Below are positions 1 to 7,395 of a DNA stretch of 64,000 nucleotides, piece after piece. Origin of the DNA: a virus (Duplodnaviria > Caudoviricetes); the IMG/VR virus record IMGVR_UViG_3300032290_001086, one strand, 5' to 3'. Position 1 is the stretch's first letter. Every line of letters begins with the position of its first letter. Both the position numbers and the translations under genes were made by a program. A model generated the notes under the pieces. That model was not told where the DNA came from. It saw only the letters and a list, made by a program, of their open reading frames with translations, and made no database searches.

Positions 1-54
1 AGCTTCTTAGTGTTGCTGGCATATTCCGTAGAAAAAATTTGTGAGACTTATTGA
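1..54 (+). CDS. 3' end of small hydrophobic peptide (…[17 protein letters not shown]), truncated by window edge
   Basis: Open frame 1 ending TGA 52-54, which overlaps the ferredoxin ATG (TGATG coupling). Confidence 0.55.
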   Translation, partial: SFLVLLAYSVEKICETY

Positions 55-347
55 TGGCTACTTACAACGTTACACTTCAATCCCCTGACGGCACAGAAAA
101 TACTTTCACTTGTGCTGATGACCAATACATTCTTGAAGCTGCTGATGAGGCTGGCATCGACCTTCCCTCATCCTGTCGTGCTGGTGCTTGTTCTGCTTGT
201 GCTGGAAAACTACTTAGCGGTACAGTAGATAATGAAGAACAATCTTTCCTTGATGATGAACAACTTGAAGCTGGTTGGGTTCTTACTTGCGTAGCATATC
301 CAACTAGTGATTGTACAATTTTAACCGAACAAGAAGAAAATCTTTAA
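54..347 (+). CDS. petF: Plant-type [2Fe-2S] ferredoxin
   Basis: [13 protein letters not shown] motif plus VLTCVAYP; ATG at 54. Confidence 0.97.
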   Translation: MATYNVTLQSPDGTENTFTCADDQYILEAADEAGIDLPSSCRAGACSACAGKLLSGTVDNEEQSFLDDEQLEAGWVLTCVAYPTSDCTILTEQEENL

Positions 348-362
348 TTTAGGAGAACTATT

Positions 363-482
363 ATGAAATTTGGATTTACCCCTGAAGCTGAAATTCTAAA
401 TGCTCGTCTAGCAATGTTAGGATTTGTAGTTGCAATCGGCACTTACTTTACTACAGGACAAATTATTCCTGGAGTTTGGTGA
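363..482 (+). CDS. hli: High-light-inducible protein, 39 aa (not in ORF track)
   Basis: MKFGFTPEAEILNARLAMLGFVVAIGTYFTTGQIIPGVW: AExxNxRxAMxG motif and TGQIIPG tail; AGGAG RBS upstream. Confidence 0.95.
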   Translation: MKFGFTPEAEILNARLAMLGFVVAIGTYFTTGQIIPGVW

Positions 483-486
483 ACTG

Positions 487-520
487 AATAAATACAGGAG
501 GTTCAATACCTCCTTTTTTT
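487..520 (+). terminator. Intrinsic terminator with a T4 late-promoter-like AATAAATA at its 5' edge
   Basis: AATAAATA 487-494; stem AGGAGGT 496-502 / ACCTCCT 508-514; T-run to 520. Confidence 0.75.
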
Positions 521-1153
521 ATGTCTATAAAATTAACTGATGCTGCGAAACACACTGAAGGATATATGCATCAAATGGATGCATGGGAATATCTCCAGCA
601 AAATACTCCACCTAAAGTATTAGAAGAATTTGCAAAGCGATTTAGAAATGAATATAAATCTGTAGATTCTAGTGTAATTCCTCAAGCTGGAGTCAGATTA
701 ATTAAAGAATTTGAAGGTTGTCATTTAAGTGCATATTACGACCCTCTTACTGGGGGACTTCCTATTACAATTGGTTGGGGAAGTACGAAAGATTTAAATG
801 GTAAACCGTTTAAAATTACAGACAAAATTACTCAACAGCAAGCAGACCAACTGTTTGAATATCAATTAAGAAATCAATATCTTTCTCCACTTACTAAAAT
901 TCCATATTGGAATGAAATGAATGAAGAAATGCGTGGTGCATTACTTTCATTTGTATATAATCTTGGTGCTAACTTTTATGGCTCAGATGGATTTGGTACA
1001 ATCACCAAAGTATTAAAAGATAAATCTTGGCACATGGTTCCTGAAGCACTTTATCGTTATCGCAATCCAGGATCCAGTGTAGAGAAAGGACTTGCTAGAA
1101 GACGTAGAGCTGAAGGTGCTTTATGGGAAACAGGATTATCTAAGATAAAATAA
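521..1153 (+). CDS. Endolysin, GH24 phage lysozyme with N-terminal extension
   Basis: IKEFEG…AYYDP…TIGWGST catalytic region; ALLSFVYNLG and GLARRRRAE motifs. Confidence 0.9.
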   Translation: MSIKLTDAAKHTEGYMHQMDAWEYLQQNTPPKVLEEFAKRFRNEYKSVDSSVIPQAGVRLIKEFEGCHLSAYYDPLTGGLPITIGWGSTKDLNGKPFKITDKITQQQADQLFEYQLRNQYLSPLTKIPYWNEMNEEMRGALLSFVYNLGANFYGSDGFGTITKVLKDKSWHMVPEALYRYRNPGSSVEKGLARRRRAEGALWETGLSKIK

Positions 1154-1300
1154 TTTTCTTCCTTTTTTTGCTGGTCTTTTTATAAAACGAATAACCTCTG
1201 TCGATTGTTTTTTCGGTAGAGGTCTTCTATTTTCTAGAAATATTCCATCATTTGTTATAAGCCTTATGAGTATTAATAACTCAATGGTGATTATTTTCAT
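1136..1300 (-). CDS. Small basic hypothetical protein (54 aa)
   Basis: MKIITIELLILIRLITNDGIFLENRRPLPKKQ…; AAGG upstream; part of an overlapping minus-strand chain. Confidence 0.55.
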   Translation of the reverse strand: MKIITIELLILIRLITNDGIFLENRRPLPKKQSTEVIRFIKRPAKKGRKLFYLR

Positions 1301-1406
1301 CCTTACTTTCTAAGTAGTCTAGCATCATAATATAGACTATACAACCTATTGTTCCTAATAAAACTATTCCTAGTCCTATTGCAACTCCCCATGGAAATTG
1401 ATTCAT
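1281..1406 (-). CDS. Small single-pass membrane protein (41 aa)
   Basis: MNQFPWGVAIGLGIVLLGTIGCIVYIMMLDYLESKDENNHH; ATGA overlap with upstream ORF. Confidence 0.6.
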   Translation of the reverse strand: MNQFPWGVAIGLGIVLLGTIGCIVYIMMLDYLESKDENNHH

Positions 1407-1603
1407 TTTTTTTCTACTGCGTCGAGAATTCTATCCAATTTTCTTTCTTGTTCTTCTTTTACTTCCTGAAGAGTCTTTTCAATTTGAATAATTTTTTGCT
1501 CTTGGATAGTAGTCTTTTGTTGTAGCCCCCAGAAACTGGTAAATCCACCAATAATTGCAGCACCTAATAGTGAAGTTGCGATAGTTCCCATATTAAGTTC
1601 CAT
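1403..1603 (-). CDS. Membrane-anchored coiled-coil protein
   Basis: N-terminal hydrophobic helix then Q/E/K-rich heptads. Confidence 0.6.
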   Translation of the reverse strand: MELNMGTIATSLLGAAIIGGFTSFWGLQQKTTIQEQKIIQIEKTLQEVKEEQERKLDRILDAVEKK

Positions 1604-1805
1604 TGTTTGATTTACTTTCTTCTTTATGTATCCAAGTTTTTAATTCGTGTAAATATTCTCTGAGAATATTTGCTTTTTGTTGATGCCACACATCACCAGT
1701 TTTCAAAAATATTCTAGTGTGATTATCTATAGCTTTTAATGTATTGTGGATGGGAGCATTCCAAGGTTCTCTTATAGGAGTATTAAATGTCCTTCTCTCG
1801 TCCAT
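1593..1805 (-). CDS. Hypothetical cyanophage protein
   Basis: ORF track; overlaps neighbours in an operon-like chain. Confidence 0.65.
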   Translation of the reverse strand: MDERRTFNTPIREPWNAPIHNTLKAIDNHTRIFLKTGDVWHQQKANILREYLHELKTWIHKEESKSNNGT

Positions 1806-1947
1806 GTAAGTTCTGCTCCATGTAGGTATATAATTTTTCTTTCAGCTCACCAAATACATCCCACATTTCGTCAGACCCAGTTTTTTCTTGGTACGCATTA
1901 CATGCTAAAATTAAATAATCAATATCTGTTGAGTTAAGTCTGTACAT
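1783..1947 (-). CDS. Hypothetical protein (ATG at 1947 preferred over TTG 1965)
   Basis: First gene of minus-strand chain; CCTAAATA late-promoter-like box on minus strand at 1969-1976. Confidence 0.6.
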   Translation of the reverse strand: MYRLNSTDIDYLILACNAYQEKTGSDEMWDVFGELKEKLYTYMEQNLHGREKDI

Positions 1948-1985
1948 AGATCTTTTCCAACTCAATTATATTTAGGCAAACCCCC

Positions 1986-2049
1986 TTGACAGCCTTTGTA
2001 ATCTATGCTACTATAAATAAATGTTAAGGGATGGAAACATTCCTTAACA
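1986..2049 (+). promoter_or_regulatory. psbA tandem promoter (sigma70-type plus T4 late) and 5' hairpin
   Basis: TTGACA 1986-1991, 17 nt, TACTAT 2009-2014; TATAAATA 2012-2019; hairpin TGTTAAGGGATG-GAAA-CATTCCTTAACA 2022-2049. Confidence 0.8.
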
Positions 2050-2082
2050 AACATTCATAAACTCTTACGAACTTTTAAAACT

Positions 2083-3884
2083 ATGACTGCTACCATCGCT
2101 CAACGCAATGGAAGTAATACATGGGAACAGTTCTGTGAGTGGGTAACATCTACCAACAACCGTCTGTATGTCGGTTGGTTTGGAACTCTTATGATTCCTA
2201 CCCTTCTCGCTGCTACTATCTGTTTCATCGTTGCTTTCATTGCTGCTCCTCCCGTAGACATACTGCTTTAATCTGTGTCCTTCATCCGTAAGGATGATGT
2301 TAAAACTGGGTGAATTGCTGGAAACCGAAAGGCAATCAGCAGCCAAGTCCAAAGTACACTTTGGAAAGGTTCAGAGACTACCTGAGGGGTTTAGTCCCCT
2401 TAATAACAGGCTAGAGTGCCCAGCCCCTTTAATCTAATTAAAGGGTGAAGATATAGTCCAAATCTCACAGTTGACTTTTATTCGCACTTGTTGTATAAAT
2501 ATAACAGTAGGTGCGAAAACAAAATGCTCGATTTAACGGAATCACAAATTACTTGGATTGCGGGAATTTTAGAAGGTGAAGGATACTTTGGAATAGATAA
2601 TCGTTCTAAAGACCGTTATGACTCTTCTAAAGCACCACCAGCACCATATATTCGTCTTGTTATGACTGATGAAGATGTGGTTGCTAAACTAAGTAATTTT
2701 GTAGACAAACCCTATTTTGTACCCAATAGAAAAACACTCAAAGGAAAACCAGTCTATGTCCTTCATATAGGAAATAGAGAAAAAGTTCTTTTCATTTTGG
2801 AAAAAATACTTCCCCATATGGGAAATAGAAGAAGTGAAAGAATTAAAGAATGTATTTCTTATATTAATGAGTGGAAAGAGTGGGTAGAAAATGGTGGGAG
2901 AGTAGAAAACGCAAAACGAGCAAATCAAATAGGTCAACTGAAACGGTCTAAGTCGCAAGATATGACTGTTTTACTGGGATAAGAGACGGGATTCGTGAAC
3001 CAGTTGCTGGTTCTCTAATGTACGGAAACAACATCATTTCTGGTGCTGTTGTTCCTTCTAGCAATGCTATCGGTCTGCACTTCTATCCCATCTGGGAAGC
3101 CAACTCGCTTGACGAATGGCTATATAATGGTGGACCATTCCAATTGGTCGTATTCCACTTTCTAATTGGTATCTATGCCTACATGGGTCGTGAATGGGAA
3201 CTTTCTTACCGTCTTGGTATGCGTCCCTGGATTTGCGTTGCTTACTCTGCTCCTGTTGCTGCTGCTTCTGCGGTCTTCCTTGTATATCCTTTCGGTCAAG
3301 GTTCCTTCTCTGATGCAATGCCTCTTGGAATCTCAGGAACGTTTAACTACATGCTCGTCTTCCAAGCAGAACACAACATTCTTATGCATCCGTTCCATAT
3401 GCTTGGGGTTGCTGGGGTATTTGGTGGCTCTCTCTTTAGTGCTATGCACGGAAGTCTGGTTACGAGTAGCCTTGTTCGTGAAACCACAGAAGTAGAATCT
3501 CAGAACTACGGCTACAAGTTCGGTCAAGAAGAAGAGACTTATAACATCGTTGCTGCTCACGGTTATTTTGGTCGCCTTATTTTCCAATATGCTTCCTTTA
3601 ATAACTCACGTTCGCTGCACTTCTTCCTTGCTGCTTGGCCTGTAGTTGGTATCTGGTTTACTGCTCTTGGTGTTAGCACCATGGCATTCAACCTCAATGG
3701 TTTCAACTTTAACCAGTCGATTACCGATAGTCAGAATCGTGTCATCCCCACCTGGGCAGACATTCTGAATCGTGGTGGTCTTGGAATGGAAGTGATGCAT
3801 GAGCGAAACGCTCACAACTTCCCCCTCGACCTGGCTGCTGCTGAGATGACTCCTGTTGCTCTTACTGCACCAGCCATCGGCTGA
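2083..3884 (+). CDS. psbA: Photosystem II D1 protein, spliced: exon 1 2083-2261, exon 2 2984-3884 (359 aa)
   Basis: …IAAPPVD-I|[16 protein letters not shown]…[10 protein letters not shown]; joined exons give 1080 nt in frame; GREWE (Glu130, high-light D1 type). Confidence 0.98.
2471..2517 (+). promoter_or_regulatory. Intron-internal promoter(s) and RBS-occluding hairpin for the endonuclease
   Basis: TATAAATA 2494-2501 at hairpin apex; TTCGCAC 2481-2487 pairs GTGCGAA 2511-2517 over AGGTG; TTGACT 2471-2476 is 17 nt before TATAAA. Confidence 0.75.
2524..2982 (+). CDS. Intron-encoded single-motif LAGLIDADG homing endonuclease (152 aa)
   Basis: [17 protein letters not shown] motif, [11 protein letters not shown]; stop TAA immediately precedes the intron terminal G. 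Confidence 0.85.
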   Translation: MLDLTESQITWIAGILEGEGYFGIDNRSKDRYDSSKAPPAPYIRLVMTDEDVVAKLSNFVDKPYFVPNRKTLKGKPVYVLHIGNREKVLFILEKILPHMGNRRSERIKECISYINEWKEWVENGGRVENAKRANQIGQLKRSKSQDMTVLLG

Positions 3885-3889
3885 GGTAC

Positions 3890-3934
3890 TTGACAAATCT
3901 TTCCGAACCACCTACAATACGTAGGTGGTTTTTT
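3890..3934 (+). terminator. psbA terminator overlapping a sigma70-type promoter for the next gene
   Basis: Stem AACCACCTAC 3906-3915 / GTAGGTGGTT 3921-3930 plus T-run; TTGACA 3890-3895, 17 nt, TACAAT 3913-3918. Confidence 0.8.
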
Positions 3935-3954
3935 ATTATCTATGAATAAACATA

Positions 3955-4353
3955 ATGCAAATTAATTTTCAATCTCAAAGTAAAAAAACTGGAATGGAAT
4001 TTGAAAATCTTGTAGAAGAACATTTACGAGATTCCAGAAAATCAGTTCTACATAAAAATTTTAAATTTGATTCAATTGGAATAGATGTTGACTTCGTAGC
4101 AACAGATGGTCTAATAACTGAATACATCGAGGTAAAAGGTGGACTTTCTGGAGATAAAAAGAGACCAGGAGCCCAACGTACAGACAGTGTTAAAAAAGCT
4201 ATCGCAAATGGAGCTTTATTAAAGTCTATGAAACCTGATGCATACTTTGTAATTTATTTTTCTGCGAGACCAAAACCAGGAAGTTCTTCTGATTTGATGT
4301 TACAGAATGCATTAGATGCAGGATTTGTAGATGACATTCGTTATTTGACTTGA
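3955..4353 (+). CDS. PD-(D/E)xK restriction-endonuclease-like nuclease
   Basis: GxEFE…IDVDFV…YIEVKG motif order. Confidence 0.7.
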   Translation: MQINFQSQSKKTGMEFENLVEEHLRDSRKSVLHKNFKFDSIGIDVDFVATDGLITEYIEVKGGLSGDKKRPGAQRTDSVKKAIANGALLKSMKPDAYFVIYFSARPKPGSSSDLMLQNALDAGFVDDIRYLT

Positions 4354-4378
4354 CAAATTTTTAATCCTGTGCTAAGAT
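4350..4378 (+). promoter_or_regulatory. sigma70-type early promoter
   Basis: TTGACA 4350-4355, 17 nt, TG-extended TAAGAT 4373-4378. Confidence 0.7.
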
Positions 4379-4401
4379 TCAATTGCGTTAATACATAACA
4401 C

Positions 4402-4623
4402 ATGGAAGAACAAATTGTAGATATTGATGCTTCTGTCGTATCTGAAGAACAAGAATTAAATTTAGAACCTCCAGTGAAAACTAAAGAGGAAGCTAGAATT
4501 GATATGCAACGAATGAAACAATTAAATAGAGAACTTAAAAAAATTAAACGATATATGAGAAGTCCTATTCACCTTGTTCGGAAAATGGATGCCGAACAAA
4601 AAATGAAAGATTTACCTCAGTAA
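4402..4623 (+). CDS. Hypothetical protein
   Basis: ORF track, downstream of promoter. Confidence 0.7.
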   Translation: MEEQIVDIDASVVSEEQELNLEPPVKTKEEARIDMQRMKQLNRELKKIKRYMRSPIHLVRKMDAEQKMKDLPQ

Positions 4624-4644
4624 TTATTACTTAAATTATTCTTA

Positions 4645-4676
4645 AGGTTCTAATTTCTATATATAAATTAGAACCT
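4645..4676 (+). promoter_or_regulatory. 12-bp inverted repeat enclosing a late-promoter-like TATAAAT upstream of HNH gene
   Basis: AGGTTCTAATTT 4645-4656 / AAATTAGAACCT 4665-4676; TATAAAT 4662-4668. Confidence 0.6.
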
Positions 4677-4693
4677 ATTATTTTTTCATCATC

Positions 4694-5071
4694 ATGCCTT
4701 ATAAAAATAAAGAACAGCAACGAGAAGCCCAGAAACGGTGGGCACAAAAACAATCGGATGAGTTCAAAAAAATTAAATATCAACGTGAATACGATAACAA
4801 AAAATTAATGGTAGAAAAACTTAATAATTTTAAGCTTGAAAAGGGTTGCTGTGAATTGTGTGGAGAGTCTCATCCTGCTTGCTGTTTTGACTTTCACCAT
4901 GTAAATGAACTAAATAAAAAAACAGAGGTGTCAAAGCTTGCCTCTAAAGGATATAAGTGGAAAACTATTCAAGAAGAAATTGACAAATGTATTATGCTTT
5001 GTGCCCTTTGTCATAGAAAAATTCATGCTGGATTATTAGTATTAATGGAGAATAGCACCGATGGTCGGTAA
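4694..5071 (+). CDS. HNH (zinc-finger) endonuclease, probable free-standing homing endonuclease
   Basis: CELCG…DFHH…LCALCHRKIH pattern with basic N-terminal helix. Confidence 0.85.
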   Translation: MPYKNKEQQREAQKRWAQKQSDEFKKIKYQREYDNKKLMVEKLNNFKLEKGCCELCGESHPACCFDFHHVNELNKKTEVSKLASKGYKWKTIQEEIDKCIMLCALCHRKIHAGLLVLMENSTDGR

Positions 5072-5129
5072 ATCGTCTTGAAAACGATGCCAGGTTAATA
5101 GCCTGATAGTTCGATTCTATTATTCTCCG
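5047..5129 (+). tRNA. tRNA-Ser(UGA), 8/4 non-canonical fold, no encoded CCA
   Basis: Acceptor GGAGAATA/TATTCTCC, D ACCGA-TGG-TCGGT, anticodon arm ATCGT-CTTGAAA-ACGAT, long V arm, T ATAG-TTCGATT-CTAT, G discriminator. Confidence 0.9.
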
Positions 5130-5147
5130 CTTGTTCATACTTTAATT

Positions 5148-5303
5148 ATGGATGAAAAATTTTACAAAGAATTCTGCGAAAGAATTCAACATAGTATGCA
5201 AATTTCAATTAAACATGGACACAATGAATATGCACTAGGACTTAGAAAGTCTATGGTAATTGTTAATGAATTGAGACATAAGTATCATAATGATACTAAA
5301 TAA
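5148..5303 (+). CDS. Hypothetical protein (51 aa)
   Basis: MDEKFYKEFCERIQHSMQ…; fills the gap after the tRNA. Confidence 0.55.
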   Translation: MDEKFYKEFCERIQHSMQISIKHGHNEYALGLRKSMVIVNELRHKYHNDTK

Positions 5304-5327
5304 TAACACTCTATCAAAAATACTATT

Positions 5328-5519
5328 ATGAAGCAATGCCCTGCATGTAAAGTAGTTATTGAAGATGGAGTAGCAAAATTTTCACATGGAAAACCTGGAG
5401 ATTTAGAATTTCTTGCAAAAAGAGTTTGTCAGTACAGAAAAGTAGATGCTCCTTGTATAAATCCATGTTATAATGAAGAACAAGAATATCCACCTGGATA
5501 TGAAGATTTAATTTTTTAA
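5328..5519 (+). CDS. Small Cys-containing hypothetical protein
   Basis: CPAC…C…CINP. Confidence 0.65.
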   Translation: MKQCPACKVVIEDGVAKFSHGKPGDLEFLAKRVCQYRKVDAPCINPCYNEEQEYPPGYEDLIF

Positions 5520-5529
5520 AAAACACAGT

Positions 5530-5724
5530 ATGACAACTAATCAAGAAAAAACTGAAGAACTTGAAATTGAACTAGATGATAATACTGCTGCTATTGTACA
5601 TCTTATGGCAGAGGAACGTGGTATTACAGTAGAAGAATTAATCCAACAGGTTTTGGATGACGCCATTCAAAATGGATATTTTAATGATACAAATAATATT
5701 ACAGTGGATGACCCACTAGACTAA
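5530..5724 (+). CDS. Acidic hypothetical protein, possible ribbon-helix-helix
   Basis: LEIELDD…AEERGITVEELIQQVL. Confidence 0.6.
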   Translation: MTTNQEKTEELEIELDDNTAAIVHLMAEERGITVEELIQQVLDDAIQNGYFNDTNNITVDDPLD

Positions 5725-5884
5725 TGAATCTTTACTTTTATTTTTTAGTTACTGTAGCTTTAATCTGTTATCTTTGTGTTATAGATTCAAATGTAACAGA
5801 TTGGATTAATATTAAAATTAATCATTTTTTAGTTTATCTTCAACTTCAATATATAAAAATGAAGTGGAAGTTTAAACGTTTCTA

Positions 5885-5966
5885 GGGTAGGTGTCCGAGT
5901 GGTTAATGGAGGTGGACTGTAAATCCACTGGCTCTGCCTACGGGGGTTCAAATCCCTCCCTGCCCA
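5885..5966 (+). tRNA. tRNA-Tyr(GUA)
   Basis: GGGTAGG/CCTGCCC acceptor, GTGGA-CTGTAAA-TCCAC anticodon arm, GGTTCAAATCC T arm. Confidence 0.97.
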
Positions 5967-5970
5967 TCTC

Positions 5971-5999
5971 TTGATTTTTTCTTTGCCGTGTGCTATGAT
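5971..5999 (+). promoter_or_regulatory. sigma70-type promoter
   Basis: TTGATT, 17 nt, TG-extended TATGAT. Confidence 0.6.
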
Positions 6000-6026
6000 A
6001 TGCAGGCATAGAAATCTCATACCAAA

Positions 6027-6263
6027 ATGGATGTAGTAATTTACAGTAAGGAGAACTGCCCTTACTGCGACAAAATTAAAACTGTTTTTAATATTCAAAA
6101 TATTAAGTTTGTAGAATACAAACTAGACCAAGATTTTACCCGAGAAAATTTTATCTCTGAATTTGGAGTAGGGTCTACTTTTCCTAGGGTTATTATTGAT
6201 GGCACGTTGATTGGTGGTGCTTCGGAAACTGTTCGTTATATTCAGGAGAACAATCTAGTATGA
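6027..6263 (+). CDS. nrdC: Glutaredoxin
   Basis: CPYC active site, TFPRV, IGG. Confidence 0.92.
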   Translation: MDVVIYSKENCPYCDKIKTVFNIQNIKFVEYKLDQDFTRENFISEFGVGSTFPRVIIDGTLIGGASETVRYIQENNLV

Positions 6264-6970
6264 ATGCCGTATGTGAAATTTCTTCTTTCATTGATATACT
6301 GATTGATGACTTTGTAATTAATCGAAAGAAGCCTAAAGCAAATTTTATTAAATTTCTACACTCTGAAAATATTGATAGGAGAACTATTAATACCTTTGTA
6401 GAAACTAAGTCTGATTACATTGAATCTCAAATCAAAGAACTTGAACTAGCTATGAGTGGGTTGGACCCTCAAGTTAAGGAAGGTTATGGAAATTTTAGAA
6501 AGCCAGAACTTAGAGAATTCAAAGAAATGCTTGAGCAGATTGTAGATGATTTGTATTCATATAAAGATAGCAAACGAATTATTCGCAAGAGAAGGAATAT
6601 ATCTCCAGACAAACTCATTAAGTACATGAAATTGTATGAGACTGAGATTGAGATTGGTGGTCTTCCATACAAGACTCTTTCTGCAACTGAAATCATAAGT
6701 GCTAAACATGTGTTTCTTTATAATGTAGAAACTAGAGAACTTACATATTATACTGGAAGATGTCTAGGTGTAAAGCGTACTATGGTTACTGGATTTGATT
6801 CTGAAAAATCATGGGTTCGTAAACTGAGAAAGCCTGAGGAATTTCTACCAGAAGTTAATTCTTGTACAAAGTATAACATTGAACATATGAGTGGTCATCT
6901 TACTACTAAACCAAAGGTTCCTACAGGAAGAACTAATACAAAACAAATTATTCTCAAGGTAGTTAAATGA
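6260..6970 (+). CDS. Conserved T4-like cyanophage hypothetical protein
   Basis: 236-aa ORF; LRKPEE…PTGR.N C-terminus; ATGA coupling. Confidence 0.8.
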   Translation: MNAVCEISSFIDILIDDFVINRKKPKANFIKFLHSENIDRRTINTFVETKSDYIESQIKELELAMSGLDPQVKEGYGNFRKPELREFKEMLEQIVDDLYSYKDSKRIIRKRRNISPDKLIKYMKLYETEIEIGGLPYKTLSATEIISAKHVFLYNVETRELTYYTGRCLGVKRTMVTGFDSEKSWVRKLRKPEEFLPEVNSCTKYNIEHMSGHLTTKPKVPTGRTNTKQIILKVVK

Positions 6971-7134
6971 GTTCAATTCCAGAAAAGTACCTAAATAAAA
7001 ATGTAAGAGCAATGCTAAGTGGGAGGAGACAGACTTTTCAACAAAAGCCTAGCTTCCATTTTTCTAAGGTAGTTTCATTTCTTCAAAAAATCTACCGAGT
7101 GGAAGTTAAAATCTTCATTCAGGATAATACTTAG
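6967..7134 (+). CDS. Hypothetical protein (55 aa)
   Basis: MSSIPEKYLNKNVRAMLSGRR…; ATGA overlap with upstream stop. Confidence 0.55.
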   Translation: MSSIPEKYLNKNVRAMLSGRRQTFQQKPSFHFSKVVSFLQKIYRVEVKIFIQDNT

Positions 7135-7155
7135 AAACGGTAGAGGAGTAGAACC

Positions 7156-7392
7156 ATGTCAAGCTTACTAGTTCTAATTTCAGTTTTAGCGGTTGGTTTT
7201 GTTTTAATAGGTATGAGTTTTATGGTTGGGATGGTATTTGGATGGTTCGCTAATGAATATTTTAATCCTGTTACATCTGGAAACCCTAGTTCACATCCAG
7301 AAATGTATGATGAAAATGGAAACTACATTACTGAAGAATTAATTGCTGTTCGTTTTGAAGAAGAAGAGGATGAGGATGATGACGAGGATTAA
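7156..7392 (+). CDS. Membrane protein with acidic tail
   Basis: N-terminal TM helix, HPEMYDENG motif, GAGGAG RBS. Confidence 0.8.
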   Translation: MSSLLVLISVLAVGFVLIGMSFMVGMVFGWFANEYFNPVTSGNPSSHPEMYDENGNYITEELIAVRFEEEEDEDDDED

Positions 7393-7395
7393 CAC

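Larger units (their letters stand above)
2262..2983 (+). mobile_element. Group I self-splicing intron (722 nt) in psbA after CDS nt 179
   Basis: P AATTGCTGGAAA 2313-2324, Q AATCAGCAGC 2334-2343, R GTTCAGAGACTA 2369-2380, S AAGATATAGTCC 2448-2459; P1 GACAU/GUGUC with U2261·G2275; P10 TCT 2272-2274 with AGA 2984-2986; terminal G2983. Confidence 0.95.

Noticed and set aside
2022-2082. PhotoRC-type RNA motif in psbA leader
   Set aside because: Only a simple hairpin is visible; cannot support the Rfam motif without a covariance search
2083-3884. psbA as a broken pseudogene (62-aa and 288-aa ORFs)
   Set aside because: Group I intron removal restores an intact 359-aa D1
5047-5129. Selenocysteine or opal-suppressor tRNA
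   Set aside because: Anticodon is UGA (reads UCA Ser), not UCA; genes in the window use TGA as a normal stop
5829-6098. 89-aa minus ORF (and 29349-29558 minus ORF)
   Set aside because: Antisense translations of tRNA-Tyr and tRNA-Leu
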